Positions 17,039 to 24,000 of a stretch of 24,000 bases of DNA are shown one piece after another. Numbering within the stretch: the first letter of the stretch is position 1; each line of letters begins with the position of its first letter. The stretch is taken from NCBI GenBank assembly GCA_963663355.2, contig CAXXKS010000005.1:61033-85032 (forward strand), in the 5' to 3' direction. A program made the position numbers and the translations under genes. A model generated the notes under the pieces. It saw nothing but the letters and a program-made list of their open reading frames with translations, made no database searches and was not told the DNA's origin. This DNA comes from Alphaproteobacteria bacterium (GTDB lineage Bacteria; Pseudomonadota; Alphaproteobacteria; UBA2966).

Positions 17039-17061
17039 CCGCGCGGGGAAGCCCCGCGCGG
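17039..17061. terminator. GC hairpin between convergent stops (candidate bidirectional terminator)
   Basis: CCGCGCGGGG-AAG-CCCCGCGCGG, a 10-nt perfect inverted repeat. It sits in the 37-nt gap between the MotB-like TGA (17025) and the ABC exporter TAG (17063). No flanking U-tracts. Confidence 0.4.
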
Positions 17062-17062
17062 A

Positions 17063-18823
17063 CTACCCCGCCGCCACGGCCGCGTCCGCGTTCTCCGACG
17101 TCTCGAACTGCAGCCGGGCCAATCGCGCGTACAGTCCGTCCTGCGCCATCAGTTCCCCATGCGTCCCGCTGGCCACAACGTCGCCGGCCTCCATCACCAC
17201 GATCCGGTCGGCCTTGAGCACCGTCGCCAGACGATGGGCGATGACGACCGTCGTTCTCACGTCCATGAGCGCCTCGAGCGCCTGCTGAACCATCCGTTCG
17301 TTCTCCGCGTCGAGCGCGCTGGTCGCCTCGTCCAGGAGAAGTATCGTGGGATTGCGCAGTATCGCGCGGGCGATGGAAATCCGCTGGCGCTGGCCGCCGG
17401 ACAGCCGGGCGCCGCGCTCGCCCAGGAACGTTCCGTACCCGTCCCGCAGCCGGTCGATGAACTCGGCCGCTCCCGCGGCCTCCGCCGCAGCGCGGACCTC
17501 CCCGTCGGTCGCCTCGGGACGCCCGTAGCGGATATTGGCCCAGACGTCGTCGGCGAAAATGACTGGATCCTGGGGCACCAGGCCGATGCGCCGCCGCACG
17601 TCCTCGGGCCTGGCGTCCCGCAAGTCGACGCCGTCGATGGAAACCCGCCCCGACTCCGGGTCATAGAACCGGAGAAGGAGCTGGAACACCGTCGTCTTTC
17701 CCGCGCCCGACGGACCCACGAGCGCGAGCCGTTCGCCCGGCGAGACCGACAGGGAGTACGAGTCCAGCGCGCGGACGCCGGGCCGGGTCGGGTACCGGAA
17801 GGTGACGCGGTCGAAACGGATCGCGCCGCGCGCGGGCCGCGGCAGGCCGACGGGCGATTCCGGAGTGGAGATCGGGGACTCCGCCGCCAGCAGCTCTATC
17901 AGGCGTTCGGCCGCCCCGGCGGCGCGTTGAAGGTCGCCGTAGACTTCCGACAGCGAGCCGACGGAACCGGCCACCATGACCGCGTAGAAGACGAACGCGG
18001 CGAGTTGGCCGCCCGTCGTCGTACCCGCGATCACGTCGCGCGCGCCGATCCACAGGACGATGTCGACCGCGCCGAAGGCGAACAGGATGACGATGCCGGT
18101 GAGCAGGGCGCGGGACCTGATCTGGCGAAGGGCCGCCGCATAGGCGGCCTCGACGATTCCGCCGAATCTCCGGCGATTGGCGTCCTCGCGGTTGAATGCC
18201 TGCACCGTCCGCACCGCGTAAAGGGACTCGCCGGCGAACGCGCCGACGTCCGCCACCCTGTCCTGGCTCTCGCGGGACAGTTGCCTGACGCGGCGGCCGA
18301 AAAAGACGATGGGCAGCACGACCAGGACGACGATCAGGAAGACGAGACCCGTCAGCTTGGGGCTGCTGACAACCAGCAGCGCCGACGCGCCGACGAAGAT
18401 CAACATGTTGCGCAAGGCCACGGAAGCGCTCGACCCCACGACGGTCTGGATGAGCGTGGTATCCGTCGTCAGCCGGGAGAGGATCTCTCCCGTGCGCGTG
18501 GACTCGAAGAACTCGGGGCTGAGGCCGACGATGTGCTCGTAGACCTTGCGGCGGATGTCCGCGACGACCCGCTCGCCCAGGGACGATACGGCGTAGTACC
18601 GGCAGTAGGTCGCCGCGGCGAGCAGCGCGACGATTCCCAACAGCGCGAGGAAGTACTGATCGAGAACCGTGCTGTCCGCGCTGAACCCGAAATCGACGAC
18701 GCGGCGAAGCGCCTGACCGATGGCGAGGACGGCTCCGGCGGCGACGAGGAGAGCGACGAGGGCCGCGACGACACGCAGGCGGTAGGGCCGAAGGAACCCG
18801 GCAACGTGCCGAAGGACCTCCAT
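17063..18823 (-). CDS. ABC exporter, fused permease/ATPase (MsbA-like, ABCB-type)
   Basis: Track ORF 17063..18958 trimmed to ATG at 18823 ([27 protein letters not shown]...), 586 aa. The N-terminal half is a six-helix type-I exporter domain. The NBD has Walker [15 protein letters not shown], signature [14 protein letters not shown] and Walker [13 protein letters not shown]. Substrate is unknown. Confidence 0.9.
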   Translation of the reverse strand: MEVLRHVAGFLRPYRLRVVAALVALLVAAGAVLAIGQALRRVVDFGFSADSTVLDQYFLALLGIVALLAAATYCRYYAVSSLGERVVADIRRKVYEHIVGLSPEFFESTRTGEILSRLTTDTTLIQTVVGSSASVALRNMLIFVGASALLVVSSPKLTGLVFLIVVLVVLPIVFFGRRVRQLSRESQDRVADVGAFAGESLYAVRTVQAFNREDANRRRFGGIVEAAYAAALRQIRSRALLTGIVILFAFGAVDIVLWIGARDVIAGTTTGGQLAAFVFYAVMVAGSVGSLSEVYGDLQRAAGAAERLIELLAAESPISTPESPVGLPRPARGAIRFDRVTFRYPTRPGVRALDSYSLSVSPGERLALVGPSGAGKTTVFQLLLRFYDPESGRVSIDGVDLRDARPEDVRRRIGLVPQDPVIFADDVWANIRYGRPEATDGEVRAAAEAAGAAEFIDRLRDGYGTFLGERGARLSGGQRQRISIARAILRNPTILLLDEATSALDAENERMVQQALEALMDVRTTVVIAHRLATVLKADRIVVMEAGDVVASGTHGELMAQDGLYARLARLQFETSENADAAVAAG

Positions 18824-19002
18824 ATTGCCGCCTTTCGGCCTGTCTTCGATGAACGGTTTCCTGCTCACGCCACGATACCGAAAATCCCGGAGTCCCGAAG
18901 GCCACGGAGGCCGCCGCCGGGGGTCGCAGACCCTAGTATCCGCCCGAAGGCGGCGCAATTGCCCGCGCCGTCCGCGCGCCCTCGAATGCCGGCCGATTCA
19001 CC

Positions 19003-19032
19003 TTGCCGAAACGGCGTCCCGCGCGATATAAC
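19003..19032 (+). promoter_or_regulatory. Candidate sigma70-type promoter for rpmE
   Basis: TTGCCG (19003-19008), 18 nt spacer, TATAAC (19027-19032), about 40 nt upstream of the rpmE ATG. SD GGGAG lies at 19062-19066. Motif only. Confidence 0.35.
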
Positions 19033-19072
19033 CCGCCGCTTGGTCCTCGGAAACCGCCGTCGGGAGCTCGCG

Positions 19073-19300
19073 ATGAAAAAGGACATCCATCCGGATTACC
19101 ACACGATCACCGTCGTCATGACGGACGGCACGAGCTTCGAGACGCGTTCGACCTGGGGCGGCGAGGGAGACACGTTGACCCTCGACATCGATCCCAAATC
19201 CCATCCGGCCTGGACCGGCGGCGCGGGCCGCCTGGTCGATACGGGCGGCCAGGTCGCCAAGTTCAACAAGCGGTTCAGCGAGTTCGGCCTGAAGTCGTAG
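19073..19300 (+). CDS. rpmE: 50S ribosomal protein L31
   Basis: The real gene is the last 75 codons of shadow ORF 17159..19300: [29 protein letters not shown]...[13 protein letters not shown]...[10 protein letters not shown]. It is a cysteine-free L31 variant. Confidence 0.95.
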   Translation: MKKDIHPDYHTITVVMTDGTSFETRSTWGGEGDTLTLDIDPKSHPAWTGGAGRLVDTGGQVAKFNKRFSEFGLKS

Positions 19301-19339
19301 CGCGGCGTTTCCGAAGTTCGCGGCGGACCGGCGCCGCCG

Positions 19340-20128
19340 CTAGATCGCCTCCCTGATCGCGTCGAGCACCTGATCGGGCCTTTCGATCATCGCCATATGC
19401 CCGCAGGCGTCGATGACGACCGTCCGGGCGGACGGGATCGCGTCCGCCAGCTCCCGCGCGGCGCGCGGCGGAGTCATGCGATCTTCCCGCCCCAGCACCA
19501 GGAGGACGGGGCAACGGACCCGCGCCGCCGCCTCGAGGCCGTCGCGATACCCGTCGCAGGCGCGGAGGTCCGCGTGGAGTACGCCGGCGCACGCCCCTTC
19601 GAGCAGGCGTTCGGCGCCCCCCGTCATCCACAGGCCCGGAGCCATGTGACCGCCGAGGCGCGCGTCCCGCCCGTGGCCCCACGCCGTGATCATGTCGATG
19701 GCATCGCGATTGTCCGCCTTCGCGGCCGACAGGAGTTCCTCGCTCACCGCCATGGGGAACGCGGTCGACAGCAGCGCGGCCGCGTCGACGCGTCCGGGAA
19801 AGCGGGCGCACAGCTCGAGCGCGGCGAGAGACCCCATGCTGTGACCCACGATCGACGCCGTCTCGATGTCCGCGGCATCCATGAGTCTCGCGAGCCACTC
19901 CGCCATGTCGCCGACGGACGCGAGCGGCGGGCCTTCGGAGCGCCCGTGCCCCGGAAGATCGACCGCCAGCACGTTGCGCCCGTGGTGCGCGAAATACCGC
20001 GTTTGCAACACCCAGACCGTGCGGTCCATGCCCGCGCCGTGCACCAGGATCACGGCCTTTTGCCCGGGTACGTGGAGCCGCCCGCCGGTCGTGGCGAACG
20101 CCCGCCTGCCGTCGACCCGGAGTTCCAA
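19340..20128 (-). CDS. Alpha/beta-fold hydrolase, unknown substrate
   Basis: 262 aa with HGAG oxyanion-hole motif, nucleophile elbow GHSMGS and C-terminal DACGHMAM (catalytic His). The only available start is TTG at 20128, with GGAG 9 nt upstream. It begins 21 nt after the metY stop. Confidence 0.8.
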   Translation of the reverse strand: MELRVDGRRAFATTGGRLHVPGQKAVILVHGAGMDRTVWVLQTRYFAHHGRNVLAVDLPGHGRSEGPPLASVGDMAEWLARLMDAADIETASIVGHSMGSLAALELCARFPGRVDAAALLSTAFPMAVSEELLSAAKADNRDAIDMITAWGHGRDARLGGHMAPGLWMTGGAERLLEGACAGVLHADLRACDGYRDGLEAAARVRCPVLLVLGREDRMTPPRAARELADAIPSARTVVIDACGHMAMIERPDQVLDAIREAI

Positions 20129-20149
20129 GATCGCGGTCTCCGGCCCGGC

Positions 20150-21442
20150 CTACCGCCGCGAGGCGCGCAGGCCGCGGTCGAGATCGTCGATGAGATCCTC
20201 CGGATCCTCGAGGCCCACGGAAAGGCGGATGAGATTCTCGGAGATTCCCGCGGCCGCGAGCGCGTCGGCGTCCATCTGCTGATGCGTCGTGGTCGCGGGA
20301 TGAATGACCAGCGACTTCGCGTCGCCGACGTTTGCGAGATGGGAGAACAGGCCCACCGCCTCGATGAACTTTCGTCCCGCCTCGCGGCCGCCCTCGATCC
20401 CGAAGCTGAAGACCGCGCCGCATCCGTTCGGGAGCCGGGCCTTGGCGAGCTCGTGATCCGGGTGGCTCGGCAACTCGGGATAGCCGACCCAGGCCACGGC
20501 CTCGTGACCGTCCAGAAACGCGACGATCCGGCGCGTGTTGTCCACGTGCCGCGTCATGCGCAACGGCAGGGTCTCGATGCCCTGGATGATCTGGAACGCG
20601 TTGGCGGGGCTCATGCAGGCGCCGAAGTCCCGCAGCCCCTCCGACCGCGCCCGCATCGCGTAGGCCTGGGGTCCGAACTCCTCGACGAAATCGAGGCCGT
20701 GATAGCCGGCGTAGGGCTCGGTGAGCGTCGGAAACTTCCCCGAAGCCTCCCAATCGAACGTCCCGCCGTCGACGACGACGCCGCCGATGGCGACCCCGTG
20801 CCCGCCCAGGAACTTGGTCGCAGAATGAATGATCAGGTCGGCACCCCATTCGAGGGGCCGGAAGAGGTAGGGGGTGGCGAAGGTGGAATCGACGAGGAGG
20901 GGCAGGCCCGCCTCGTGCGCCACGTCCGCCACGGCCGGAATATCGAGTATCTCCAGCCCCGGATTTCCCAACGTCTCGCCGAACAGCAGGCGCGTTTCCG
21001 GCCGGATGGCGTCCTTGAACGCCTGCGGGTCGCGTGGATCGACGAAGGTCGTCTCTATCCCGAACCTGGGCAGCGTGTGGGTGAACAGGTTGTGCGACCC
21101 GCCGTAAATCGAGCCGGACGAAACGATGTGGTGGCCGGCATCCAGGATGGTGGCGACCGCCAGATGCAGCGCCGCCTGGCCGCTCGCGGTGCATACGGCT
21201 CCGACGCCGCCTTCGAGGCTCGCGATTCGCTCCTCCAGCACCGCGGTCGTGGGATTGGAGATCCGCGAATAGATGTGGCCCGCCCGCTCGAGGTTGAACA
21301 GCGAGGCGGCGTGGTCGACGTCCCGGAACACGTAGGATGTCGTCTGATACAGGGGAACCGCGCGCGCTCCGGTCGCGGGATCGGGATGCTGGCCCGCGTG
21401 CAGGCTCAGCGTGTCGAAGCGCGGGAAGTTGGGCTTGGCCAT
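20150..21442 (-). CDS. metY: O-acetylhomoserine sulfhydrylase (aminocarboxypropyltransferase), PLP-dependent
   Basis: 430 aa with motifs [29 protein letters not shown] and the PLP-lysine motif [11 protein letters not shown]. Confidence 0.92.
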   Translation of the reverse strand: MAKPNFPRFDTLSLHAGQHPDPATGARAVPLYQTTSYVFRDVDHAASLFNLERAGHIYSRISNPTTAVLEERIASLEGGVGAVCTASGQAALHLAVATILDAGHHIVSSGSIYGGSHNLFTHTLPRFGIETTFVDPRDPQAFKDAIRPETRLLFGETLGNPGLEILDIPAVADVAHEAGLPLLVDSTFATPYLFRPLEWGADLIIHSATKFLGGHGVAIGGVVVDGGTFDWEASGKFPTLTEPYAGYHGLDFVEEFGPQAYAMRARSEGLRDFGACMSPANAFQIIQGIETLPLRMTRHVDNTRRIVAFLDGHEAVAWVGYPELPSHPDHELAKARLPNGCGAVFSFGIEGGREAGRKFIEAVGLFSHLANVGDAKSLVIHPATTTHQQMDADALAAAGISENLIRLSVGLEDPEDLIDDLDRGLRASRR

Positions 21443-21509
21443 GCGTCCACCCGGTGGGAAGGACGCAACCTATACAGCGCCCCGGCGCGCGTCCAGCGCC
21501 GCTTCCCGC

Positions 21510-21695
21510 CTACCTCCCGAACACCGACTCGGCGTCCCCCCGCGCCGCTCTCTTTGCGGCGATGACCTCGCGGATACGAGCGATTTCCTCCTCGAGCTCC
21601 GCGATCCTGCTCTCCAGTTCCTCGATGCCCAGCGTCTCGAGCTTGGGCGGCTCCGGCCGCTTGACCGGCAAGCCTTCGAGGTCGTCCATGCTCAT
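21510..21695 (-). CDS. DUF1192-like small coiled-coil protein
   Basis: 61 aa: MSMDDLEGLPVKRPEPPKLETLGIEELESRIAELEEEIARIREVIAAKRAARGDAESVF. SD GGAGGGG lies directly upstream. The pattern (acidic N-terminus, LExLSIEEL, ExEIxR, AAK, FxR) matches my memory of DUF1192. Confidence 0.7.
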   Translation of the reverse strand: MSMDDLEGLPVKRPEPPKLETLGIEELESRIAELEEEIARIREVIAAKRAARGDAESVFGR

Positions 21696-21783
21696 GGTCC
21701 CCTCCCCGCCCGTCGGCGTTCCTGCCGGGGCGGCGCGCCACTGTACGTGACTGTGGGACGGCGGCTCAACCGCCCTCGCAAGA

Positions 21784-21824
21784 CCGCAGGCGCCGGTCCG
21801 TGCCGCCCGGACCGGCGCCTGCGG
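21784..21824. other. Perfect 17-bp inverted repeat / stem-loop in a divergent intergenic region
   Basis: CCGCAGGCGCCGGTCCG (21784-21800), TGCCGCC loop, CGGACCGGCGCCTGCGG (21808-21824). There are no mismatches and no U-tract on either side. It lies 89 nt from the DUF1192 ATG and 98 nt from the DUF1013 ATG. Confidence 0.7.
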
Positions 21825-21922
21825 GGCGCGTCTCCGCGGCCGGACGAATTCGCTTGTGCGGGAAGCGCAAAATGGACATGGTGCCGCAAATCCACCGCGG
21901 CCGATCTCGAGAGGAGCTTTTC

Positions 21923-22702
21923 ATGCCGCTGCCGTTGATGCCGAAGGCGACCGCCGTGTGGCTGATCGACAACACGTCGCTGACGTTCGATCAGATCGCC
22001 GAGTTTTGCGGCCTGCATCCCCTCGAAGTGAAAGGCATCGCGGACGGCGAGGTGGCGATCGGCATCCAGGGGCGCGACCCCGTCCCGGACGGCGAATTGA
22101 CGCGGGAGGAGATCGAGCGGTGCGTGGCCGATCCGGGCGCGCGGCTGAGCATGGCGGCCTCCGACATTCCCCGGCCGAAGGCGCGGACGAGCGGACCCAA
22201 GTACACGCCGGTCACCAAGCGCCAGGACCGCCCCAACGCCATCATGTGGCTGCTCCGCTATCATTCGGAGCTGTCCGACGCCCAGATCTGCCGGCTCGTC
22301 GGCACCACCAAGCCGACCATCAATTCGGTGCGCGAGCGCACCCACTGGAACATGGCGAACCTCAAGTCGGTCGACCCGGTGTCCCTGGGAATGTGCTCGC
22401 AGGTCGAGCTCGACGAGGCGGTGACCAAGGCCCGTGCGCGGCTGCGGTCGCGGGAGGCGCGGGAACGCGAGGCCCCGGCGTCGACGGCGGCCGCGCCCGA
22501 GCCCGCCGCCGCGCTCCGGCCGGAGCCGGCGGCGCCGGAACCGCCCGCCGAACCGCAGGATCACAGCGTGGAGAGCGTCTTCGGCGCCGCCCCCGAACCG
22601 GCGCCCGCCGAGCCCGAGCCGACGACGTCGGACGTGTTCCGGACCCCGGCACGGTCGGGCGGCGAGGACCCGCCCCCCGAGGAGGAACAGCCCGCGGGCT
22701 AG
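21923..22702 (+). CDS. DUF1013-family protein (alphaproteobacterial; putative DNA-binding / cell-cycle-related regulator)
   Basis: Track ORF 21800..22702 trimmed to ATG at 21923 (GAGGAG 6 nt upstream). MPLPLMPKATAVWLIDNTSLTFDQIAEFCGLHPLEVKGIADGEVA...KYTPVTKRQDRPNAIMWLLRYHSELSDAQICRLVGTTKPTINSVRERTHWN matches my memory of DUF1013. The C-terminal ~70 aa are low-complexity Ala/Pro/Glu. The functional label is recollection only. Confidence 0.7.
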   Translation: MPLPLMPKATAVWLIDNTSLTFDQIAEFCGLHPLEVKGIADGEVAIGIQGRDPVPDGELTREEIERCVADPGARLSMAASDIPRPKARTSGPKYTPVTKRQDRPNAIMWLLRYHSELSDAQICRLVGTTKPTINSVRERTHWNMANLKSVDPVSLGMCSQVELDEAVTKARARLRSREAREREAPASTAAAPEPAAALRPEPAAPEPPAEPQDHSVESVFGAAPEPAPAEPEPTTSDVFRTPARSGGEDPPPEEEQPAG

Positions 22703-22763
22703 GGTCGTGTCACACGACGAATGCCGGGCACCGGCGGACCGCGCCGACGTTCCGGCCCGCGCG

Positions 22764-23543
22764 TCACGCCTTGGACGGCATGACGTGGTTGAGGGCCAGC
22801 CGCCCCCCTTCCACGTAGATGGTCTGGCCCGTGATGTAGCTCGAGTCGTCGCTCGCCAGGAACAGCGCCGCGCCGGCGATGTCCTCGGGCTGGCCCATGC
22901 GGTGCAGCGGCGTTCGCGACATGACCCGGGCCAGGGACTCCTCGTCGGAGAGGACCACCGCCGCCATGTCGGTCTCGATCGAACCGGGTCCGATGGCGTT
23001 GACCCGCACCCCCCGGTGGGCCAGGCCGACGGCCATGGCCTTGGTGAGGCCGTTGACCCCCGCCTTCGAGGCCACGTAGGCCGCCTGGTTGCCGATCGCC
23101 ATGACGGCCGTCACCGACGCGATGTTGACGATGCTGCCGGCTCCCCGCTTGACCATCTCCCGGGCCGCCGCCTGGCACACCAGGAACGCGCCCTTGAGGT
23201 TGACGCCGACGACCCGGTCCCACTCGGCTTCCTCCGTTTCGAGCACGTCGGAGCCGTCGACCGGGATGACGCCGGCGCAATTCAGCAGAACGTCGAGCCC
23301 GCCGTAGGCGTCGGCGGCGGCCCGCACCAGGGTCTCCGCCTGCCGTGGGTCGCCGACGTCCGCGTGCCTGTACAGGGCCCTGCCGCCCTCCGCCTCGATC
23401 TCCGCGGCGACGGCCGCTCCCCGGTCGTCGATGACGTCCGCGATCACCACCGCCGCGCCCTCGGCGGCGAACCGCCTGGCGCAGCCCCGGCCGATTCCCT
23501 TGCTGCCGCCCGTGACGATCGCGACCTTTCCCTCGAGTCTCAT
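22764..23543 (-). CDS. Short-chain dehydrogenase/reductase (classical SDR)
   Basis: Track ORF trimmed to ATG at 23543 (MRLEGKVAIVTGGSKGIGRG). It has the cofactor motif TGGSKGIG, NCAG, and catalytic NIASV...YVASKAG (YxxxK). Confidence 0.88.
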   Translation of the reverse strand: MRLEGKVAIVTGGSKGIGRGCARRFAAEGAAVVIADVIDDRGAAVAAEIEAEGGRALYRHADVGDPRQAETLVRAAADAYGGLDVLLNCAGVIPVDGSDVLETEEAEWDRVVGVNLKGAFLVCQAAAREMVKRGAGSIVNIASVTAVMAIGNQAAYVASKAGVNGLTKAMAVGLAHRGVRVNAIGPGSIETDMAAVVLSDEESLARVMSRTPLHRMGQPEDIAGAALFLASDDSSYITGQTIYVEGGRLALNHVMPSKA

Positions 23544-23581
23544 GCCTCCGCCCCTCCCCGTCCGGTCCGGGTTTCCCGGGC

Positions 23582-24000
23582 TCACCCGTCGAACGGCAGA
23601 ACGATGTTCTGGATCAGCCGCCCGCCGTCGACGAACACGGTGTGCCCGGTGAGATAGGCGGCATCGTCGCTGGCGAGAAACAGCACCGCGTTGGCGATCT
23701 CTTCCGGCTCGGCCAGCCGTCCGAGCGGCGTCCGCGCCAGCACGCGCTTCATCGCGGCGCCCCCGCCGTCGTATCCGAGCGCCGACTCGGACAGCTCCGT
23801 CCGGACCGTGCCGGGCCCCACCGCGTTCACCCGGATGCCCTTGTCCGCCAGCGCGAGGCCGATGCTCCGGGTCATCTGAAAGACCCCCGCCTTCGACGTG
23901 CAGTAGCTCACCTGATCGGGCATGCCCGCCATCGCCGTGACCGAGCAGATGTTGACGACGGCGCCCTTGGTGCCGGCCGCGGCCATCCGGCGGGCGGCGG
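23582..24000 (-). CDS. Short-chain dehydrogenase/reductase, C-terminal part (5' end beyond the right window edge)
   Basis: The frame stays open upstream of the listed Met (..AARRMAAAGTKGAVVNICSV). It has the catalytic YCTSKAG, IRVNAVGPG, and a C-terminus LASDDAAYLTGHTVFVDGGRL paralogous to the neighbouring SDR. Confidence 0.85.
   Translation of the reverse strand, partial: AARRMAAAGTKGAVVNICSVTAMAGMPDQVSYCTSKAGVFQMTRSIGLALADKGIRVNAVGPGTVRTELSESALGYDGGGAAMKRVLARTPLGRLAEPEEIANAVLFLASDDAAYLTGHTVFVDGGRLIQNIVLPFDG

Noticed and set aside
19073-19300. L31 lacks all four Zn-ribbon cysteines.
   Set aside because: Cys-less L31 forms are, to my recollection, common in Alphaproteobacteria. It is probably lineage-typical rather than a notable paralogue switch, and no second rpmE is visible here.
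19324-19335. A 12-nt identity (CGGACCGGCGCC) between the rpmE/hydrolase spacer and the right arm of the 21784-21824 palindrome (21808-21819).
   Set aside because: It is short and extremely GC-rich, so a chance match is plausible in 24 kb of this composition. The rest of the palindrome is not shared.
20128-20152. Possible metY-hydrolase fusion by TAG read-through (same reading frame).
   Set aside because: A well-placed GGAG plus TTG start explains independent initiation. There is no evidence for programmed read-through, and the 7 intervening codons show no conservation signal I can assess.
21443-21509. SAM-II/SAM-V riboswitch in the 67-nt metY leader.
   Set aside because: I could not identify the conserved pseudoknot elements by eye, and the space is very short. 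It is left as a check in the findings rather than called as a feature.
1-24000. CRISPR arrays, IS elements/transposases, integrases, prophage genes, tRNA/rRNA genes and toxin-antitoxin pairs.
   Set aside because: No spaced direct repeats, no transposase/integrase-like ORFs and no cloverleaf-like or rRNA-like sequence were found on either strand. All sizeable gaps are accounted for by hairpins, short palindromic repeats or the 6S candidate.

Overview
Very GC-rich, gene-dense chromosomal core segment. Gene content and order look alphaproteobacterial (my guess is Rhodospirillales-like; I cannot verify this here). Positions 1-10834 are entirely minus-strand. They hold a DUF4164 - zapA - [6S RNA candidate] - 5-formyl-THF cyclo-ligase - YmdB-like phosphoesterase operon, then yebC, then ruvC-ruvA-ruvB-ybgC-tolQ-tolR-tolA-tolB-pal-cpoB. 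cpoB runs off the left edge and is missing from the supplied ORF track; I recovered it by hand translation. A ~410-bp repeat-containing spacer separates this from a plus-strand block of thiE, efp and an inositol-monophosphatase-family gene. Next comes a three-gene operon (about 13.5-17.0 kb). It encodes a secreted proline-rich OmpA-like protein, a 4-TM MotA/TolQ/ExbB-type channel subunit with a ~175-aa coiled-coil C-terminal tail, and a MotB-like subunit. The MotB-like subunit keeps the TM Asp and has a ~240-aa coiled coil before its OmpA-like peptidoglycan-binding domain. The right third carries an MsbA-like ABC exporter, rpmE, an alpha/beta hydrolase, metY, a DUF1192 mini-protein, a DUF1013 protein and two tandem SDR oxidoreductases (the last cut by the window edge). 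I see no CRISPR array, IS/transposase, integrase, tRNA/rRNA, toxin-antitoxin pair or recognised defence gene. Many ORFs in the supplied track are Arg/Pro/Gly-rich shadow ORFs typical of high-GC DNA and were discarded. The best candidate for an undescribed system is the orphan stator-like OmpA/MotA/MotB operon. Secondary items are an unannotated 6S RNA candidate, an 18-bp inverted-repeat pair bracketing 206 bp upstream of thiE, and a perfect 17-bp stem-loop in the DUF1192/DUF1013 divergent region. The rest of the window is ordinary housekeeping sequence.
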